Source: Eledone cirrhosa
Lineage: Eukaryota
Direction of reading: 5' to 3'
Assembly: GCA_964016885.1 (NCBI GenBank)
Contig: OZ024747.1
Span: forward strand, 84,940,001-85,004,000
Length of the DNA: 64,000 bases
The stretch's first letter is position 1, and each line of letters starts with the position of its first letter. Made by a program: the position numbers and the translations under genes. The notes beneath the pieces are model-generated. The model saw nothing but the letters and a program-made list of their open reading frames with translations, did no database searches and was not told where the DNA came from. Shown piece by piece: positions 56,625-64,000 of the stretch.

Positions 56625-58240
56625 GGTGTATGTGAGTGTAATTGTGTATAACAGTGTAAGTGTGTGTGTATGTGTTAATGTGTTTGAATGTATGTGTATG
56701 TGTTAGTGTAAGTTTGCGTATGTGTTAATGTGTCTGAATGTTTGTGTGAATGTGAGTATGTGTGAATGTGATATGTGAGTAATTGTGTATAACAGTGTAA
56801 GTGTGTGTGTATGTGTTAATGTGTTTGAATGTACGTGTATGTGTTAGTGCAAGTTTGCGTATGTGTTAATGTGTCTGAATGTTTGTGTGAATGTGAGTAT
56901 GTGTAGGTGTATGTGAGTGTAATTGTGTATAACAGTGTAAGTGTGTGTGTGTATGTGTTAATGTGTTTGAATGTATGTGTATGTGTTAGTGTAAGTTTGC
57001 GTATGTGTTAATGTGTCTGAATGTTTGTGTGAATGTGAGTATGTGTGAATGTGATATGTGTGCATATCTGTGAATGTGAGTGTGAGTATGTGTGTGTATG
57101 CATGTATATGTGTGTATGCATGTATGTGTATGTATAAGTATGTGTAGGTGTATGTGAGTGTAATTGTGTATAACAGTGTGTGTGTGTGTTAATGTGTGCG
57201 TATATGTTTGTGTATGAGTGTGTATGTGTGCATATGTGGGTGTGAGTATGTGTGTGTATGTGTTAATGTGTCTGAATGTACTGTATGTGTATATGTTAGT
57301 GTATGTGTGTGTATGCATATATGTGTGTGTATCCATATATGTGTGTGTATGCATATATGTGTGTGTATGCATATATGTGTGTGTATGCATATATGTGTGT
57401 GTATGCATATATGTGTGTGTATGCATATATGTGTGTGTATCCATATATGTGTGTGTATCCATATATGTGTGTGTGTATGCATATATGTGTGTGTATGCAT
57501 ATATGTGTGTGTATGCATATATGTGTGTGTATGCATATATGTGTGTGTATGCATATATGTGTGTGTATGCATATATGTGTGTGTATCCATATATGTGTGT
57601 GTATGCATATATGTGTGTGTATGCATATATGTGTGTGTATCCATATATGTGTGTGTATGCATATATGTGTGTGTATGCATATATGTGTGTGTATCCATAT
57701 ATGTGTGTGTATGCATATATGTGTGTGTATGCATATATGTGTGTGTATCCATATATGTGTGTGTATGCATATATGTGTGTGTATGCATATATGTGTGTGT
57801 ATCCATATATGTGTGTGTATCCATATGTGTGTGTGTATGCATATATGTGTGTGTATCCATATATGTGTGTGTATCCATATATGTGTGTGTGTGTATGCAT
57901 ATATGTGTGTGTATCCATATATGTGTGTGTATCCATATATGTGTGTGTGTATCCATATATGTGTGTGTGTCCATATATGTGTGTGTATCCATATATGTGT
58001 GTGTATCCATATATGTGTGTGTATCCATATATGTGTGTGTATCCATATATGTGTGTGTATCCATATGTGTGTGTATGCATATATGTGTGTGTATCCATAT
58101 ATGTGTGTGTATCCATATATGTGTGTGTATCCATATATGTGTGTGTATCCATATATGTGTGTGTATCCATATATGTGTGTGTATCCATATATGTGTGTGT
58201 ATCCATATATGTGTGTGTATCCATATATGTGTGTGTATAT
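56625..58240 (+). repeat. GT-rich ~140-bp repeats (56625-57180) followed by an 18-bp array GTGTGTGTAT(G/C)CATATAT (57303-58238)
   Basis: AATTGTGTATAACAGTG recurs at ~56640, 56781, 56921 and 57162. The 18-bp periodicity is visible directly. Confidence 0.9.
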
Positions 58241-59264
58241 GATAATTAAGTGTCAATACTGCGTCTCTCTGAATATTGCAACTGAGACGACTGTCACGTT
58301 GGTTTAATATTAGCACCGGCTCCGTATATATACTAACTGGCCCGTCCGGCTGGCGTCCGGCTAGGTATACCTGCCCCCACCACTCCACTGCAAAGATACC
58401 ACACACCCTCCCGTGTCACATTGTCCTTCCGACTTCGTAGCAAAAATGCTAAGAAACTATAGGGAGGTGTGTAGGATACATACATTCATAATACATACAT
58501 ACGACGCTCAGCTTTATAATATTATAGATATATATATATATATGTGTGTGTGTGTACTTGCTCATACTTTGGTTTTAATAGGTCTGTTAATTAGTTTGTT
58601 TATTTGTTTAGTATGGAGCTGTTTTATCATGAGTTATATCTAACATCGAAAATTAATATGCTGTTTAATAGATACATAAATATAATTAACTATACATGAA
58701 TAAAGAGTGGTATTTTTATTGAATTGGTATAGCCGAGGGGTTAAAATATTTGATAAACTTTCGGAAGGTTATGGTTTCCCTTTATGGAGCAAGTGGTCTT
58801 TCTACAAGGAGTTGTATCCAGTAGATAGCCTCAACAATGAAAAGTCAAATGGAAACACTGTTGATCTGATGACCAGCTCCTTACTTTAGATATGATTTGA
58901 AGTACCTCTTTCGTTGTCAATTGATATATATATATATAGATAAATATACACGGGTGTGTATGATTGTGTATAGAAGATTATATTAATAAAAGGAATTCCA
59001 ACTTTGTCTGATTTACTCGTTTTATTTACAATCCTTTAAAATTTATAATGGTATAAGTATGAAATAGTATGGTAGAATATTAAATGTTAAGTGTTAATTG
59101 AACAAGTACTTTCATGCTTTCGCAATCTTCAGGTTGATATTGTGTGGTGACAGTCAAGTTTGCAATTTTCAACTGTATATATATACATACATAGATAGAT
59201 TAGATATTATACATACATACTTGTACATATATATATATATATATATGTACGTTATGGTCCACCT

Positions 59265-59299
<35 letters not shown>

Positions 59300-59362
59300 C
59301 GTTATGGTCCACCTGGTTCCTTACCACTTTTCCCTCGCTATATATATATATATATATATATA

Positions 59363-59471
59363 TTGTTATGCTTTTGGAGGGTCATGTTGCCAATAAGAAA
59401 CACACGCACCAGTTGCTTTCACTCCAATTTATTATAAATTAAATTTATAAATTTAAGAATTTATAAATTTC

Positions 59472-59513
<42 letters not shown>

Positions 59514-59620
59514 CAGAGTAATTCGTGGTAGAGGGATGGTCAGTAGGAATGTGTCTATAAGTGTGTGGGGGATATTTTAACATGTTAAAAGATATTTTTC
59601 AGCTCTTGTCTTATACAGAG

Positions 59621-59663
<43 letters not shown>

Positions 59664-59711
59664 TGTGTGTGTGTGTGTGTGTCTCTTTGTGTGTTAATGT
59701 ACGCGGGTGTA

Positions 59712-59749
<38 letters not shown>

Positions 59750-59954
59750 AGAATATGTGTGTGTGTGTGTGTGTGTGTGGGTGGACCAGTATTTTTGTAT
59801 CTCAAAATTATTTTTGAAAAGCATTAGAAATGCGCAACCGGTAAAACTTAAAACCAAAACTGAATACTAACCAATACTATTACTAATTTTCACTTATTCC
59901 TAATTAAACTATTTTTCACTGTGAACAATTTGTCAGCATTTTCTTTTCCGTTTA

Positions 59955-60023
<69 letters not shown>

Positions 60024-60262
60024 ATGCTTTTGGAGGGTCATGTTGCCAATAAGAAACACACGCACCAGTTGCTTTTACTCCAATTTATTATAAATTAAAT
60101 TTATAAATTTAAGAATTTATAAATTTCCAGTGTGTGTGTGTGTGTGTGTGTGTAGCAGAGTAATTCGTGGTAGAGGGATGGTCAGTAGGAATGTGTCTAT
60201 AAGTGTGTGGGGGATATTTTAACATGTTAAAAGATATTTTTCGGCTCTTGTCTTATACAGAG

Positions 60263-60328
<66 letters not shown>

Positions 60329-60343
60329 ATGTACGCGGGTGTA

Positions 60344-60374
<31 letters not shown>

Positions 60375-60578
60375 ATGTGTGAGAATATGTGTGTGTGTGT
60401 GTGGGTGGACCAGTATTTTTGTATCTCAAAATTATTTTTGAAAAGCATTAGAAATGCGCAACCGGTAAAACTTAAAACCAAAACTGAATACTAACCAATA
60501 CTATTACTAATTTTCACTTATTCCTAATTAAACTATTTGTCACTGTGAACAATTTGTCAGCATTTTCTTTTCCGTTTA

Positions 60579-60667
<89 letters not shown>

Positions 60668-60771
60668 ATGCTTTTGGAGGGTCATGTTGCCAATAAGAAA
60701 CACACGCACCAGTTGTTTCACTTCAATTTATTATAAATTAAATTTATAAATTTAGGAATTTATAAATTTCC
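59363..60771 (+). repeat. ~650-bp tandem duplication (about 2.2 copies), units separated by (TA)n
   Basis: TTGTTATGCTTTTGGAGGGTCATGTTGCC at 59363, 60019 and 60663. Confidence 0.92.
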
Positions 60772-61439
60772 GGTTGGTTGGTTGGTTCCACAACCAGACG
60801 ATTGTTCATATATTGTCAAAGTTCTTTCGTCACACATTCTGTGACCCTCTTCAGTGACTGGGGATTCTTTTCTTTGTTTTTGTGCCTCTCCTTTGTTCTG
60901 TCCTACGCCATCTTGTTTTTGTGTGTGTTGTGTGCTTAGTTTGCGCATGTGTTACATCCGGGTGTCTGTGTGTGTTTATATTTGTTTATTTATTTGTTTA
61001 TTTACATGTTACTGGTTGGTTGTTTGTTCTATGTGTGTGCGTGTTTTCATTTTGTCCTTAATTGTAAGTTGTGATGTTTCTATTCCATTCATGTTTTCTA
61101 TTTAATTTTGGTTGGAGTTCATTATGCGAACTGGCGCGAAATTTATTATACTTATTCACCAACAAATCAAATTATTTCTCTAAAAACCTGGCATTTCGAG
61201 CCACTTTTTTCCATACAAAACAAGACCAACCAGATGTGAGAAAAACCACAGACCCTCCATCTCAACTCTACTTTTGAAAAGCAGAAGAACTTCGAAACCG
61301 GTAAAGGAACCAAATAAATATATATATATTTAAAAAAAAAAAAAGACTCCAGTTGCATTTTCGATTTCATATTTTTTCTTTATACTTTCACTCATGTAGG
61401 ACACCCCGGTTATTTTTCATTTTGTAAAAAAATCCTCAC

Positions 61440-61507
<68 letters not shown>

Positions 61508-61611
61508 TTTTCCGTAGTGTTGTAATATGAATATTACACACAGTAGATGGACAGCTCACGTAGAGTTTGCTCGACGGTTCCAGTTGTAGTTTCAAAAGTA
61601 ATCCGGAGAAA

Positions 61612-62532
<921 letters not shown>

Positions 62533-62667
62533 TTATCTTGACTCTGTATTCCGTTTATCTTTCACCGAAAGTGATTTTTCATTACATCTCTTCTTTCCAT
62601 GATATCCGGAATACATTGAGTTCGTCATACGGATTGGACACTACCGTAAACTCTTGGTAGATTTATC

Positions 62668-62717
<50 letters not shown>

Positions 62718-62738
62718 TATATATATAAATATATATAT

Positions 62739-62828
<90 letters not shown>

Positions 62829-62832
62829 TATA

Positions 62833-62916
<84 letters not shown>

Positions 62917-62923
<7 letters not shown>

Positions 62924-63672
62924 TAAATCATATCCTTAGAATTATTAGATAAAATATATACCATTTCCTCTCCCAATTAGCATATTAACCATATATTTTT
63001 TTTATATGGTTAATATGCTAATTGGGAGAGGAAATGGTATATATTTTATCTAATATTCTAAGGACATGATTTATGATATATTGCTCTGATTATTTAATTT
63101 ATTAATTCTTCATTGAGCCACAACGTGACCGGTTGCCACATATATATCTGTGACTTTATGTATATGTAAATCTTTATATTTAATAATCTCCCGTTGGGTT
63201 GAGATGCAATTGGGCGATATTGGGCTGCGCTTTCTAGCAACCACCCTACCCGCCGTAAGCAACTAATCACATTCTTTCTAACTTGACCACTGCCACGTCA
63301 CGATTCTTAGCCATTTTCGAATCTATTTTTGGCGCGATCGCTTTGGAAAATTAACTGTCCAACAGAGTTTGTCTCCTGAAGAGTCTGTTACTCTAGATTC
63401 ATCCTAACAATAGGATATCTAAAAATACGGACGAAACCATGGTAGAGATGTGATTACAGTATGAACACGTTTCTTCTAAGTTTAAATTTACACCTAATTG
63501 TGTATGGTTGACGGTATATTTAGTCAGTTTCTACATGCTGTTGAAATGTTGGTTAAATACTCTATTGGGGTCACCGCGAAGAGGCCGCTTTCGGTTATTT
63601 ATCAAATATTTCTTCATAGGAGCCTTTATTCTTATAGCTCTTCTAATTGTTTTTTTTATATGGTTAATATGC

Positions 63673-63674
<2 letters not shown>
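62917..63674 (+). mobile_element. Non-coding hammerhead-bearing retroelement (retrozyme or non-autonomous Penelope-like) with inverted 5' segment and terminal direct repeat
   Basis: Palindrome at 62917-63080. A 25-bp direct repeat TTTTTTTTATATGGTTAATATGCTA at 62996 and 63650. One internal hammerhead, and (TA)n on both sides. Confidence 0.7.
63371..63449 (+). ncRNA. Type I hammerhead ribozyme motif
   Basis: GTCTC-CTGAAGA(63376)-GTCTGT...ACGGAC-GAAA(63433)-CCATGG-TA-GAGAT. Confidence 0.85.
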
Positions 63675-63706
<32 letters not shown>

Positions 63707-64000
63707 CTCGAAGTAAACGGAAAAGAACGTCACAAACGGTAGAGTACAATAAAACAAAATACATTAGTTTAACGTTTGATATTGTAAGAAAATAGTCTGG
63801 AACAACACACCTAGTTGAAGAATTTAAAGTTGTAGTATCCTACTGGAAGAAACAAATACCATCTTCCGGCCTGAATTGTTATGTGTACTTTTAGAATTAA
63901 TGAACTTTTCTACTTAACACACATACGTACACCCACTGAACCCCCCCCCCACACACACACATACACACGCACACACACACAACGAAAATCAAAACAAACC

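Overview
Eukaryotic, AT-rich, microsatellite-saturated non-genic or intronic DNA. The SINE content resembles an octopus or other coleoid cephalopod (inference). No host exon could be supported, and nearly all listed ORFs are microsatellite artefacts. The window contains: (1) a head-to-tail nest of four Tx1/L1-clade LINE copies separated by (AAT)n, one full length (22571-28580, minus) with a single nonsense codon in ORF2; (2) decayed RTE, R4/NeSL-type RLE, CRE, Helitron and Penelope-like (GIY-YIG) fragments; (3) about 25 tRNA-derived SINE copies of three families, plus two small MITE-like elements; (4) several minisatellites born inside mobile elements, including a 46x46-bp array. The main hidden signal is about 15 loci with type I hammerhead-ribozyme motifs (stem I-CTGANGA-stem II-GAAA-short, often palindromic stem III-NUH-stem I'). 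They fall into several sequence families, are embedded in (TA)n tracts, and are often head-to-head fold-back palindromes whose apex lies at the ribozyme 5' end. One locus looks like a 654-bp non-coding, terminally redundant retrozyme-like unit, and another lies just downstream of a Penelope-like endonuclease remnant. All structures were read by eye and none was folded or searched computationally.
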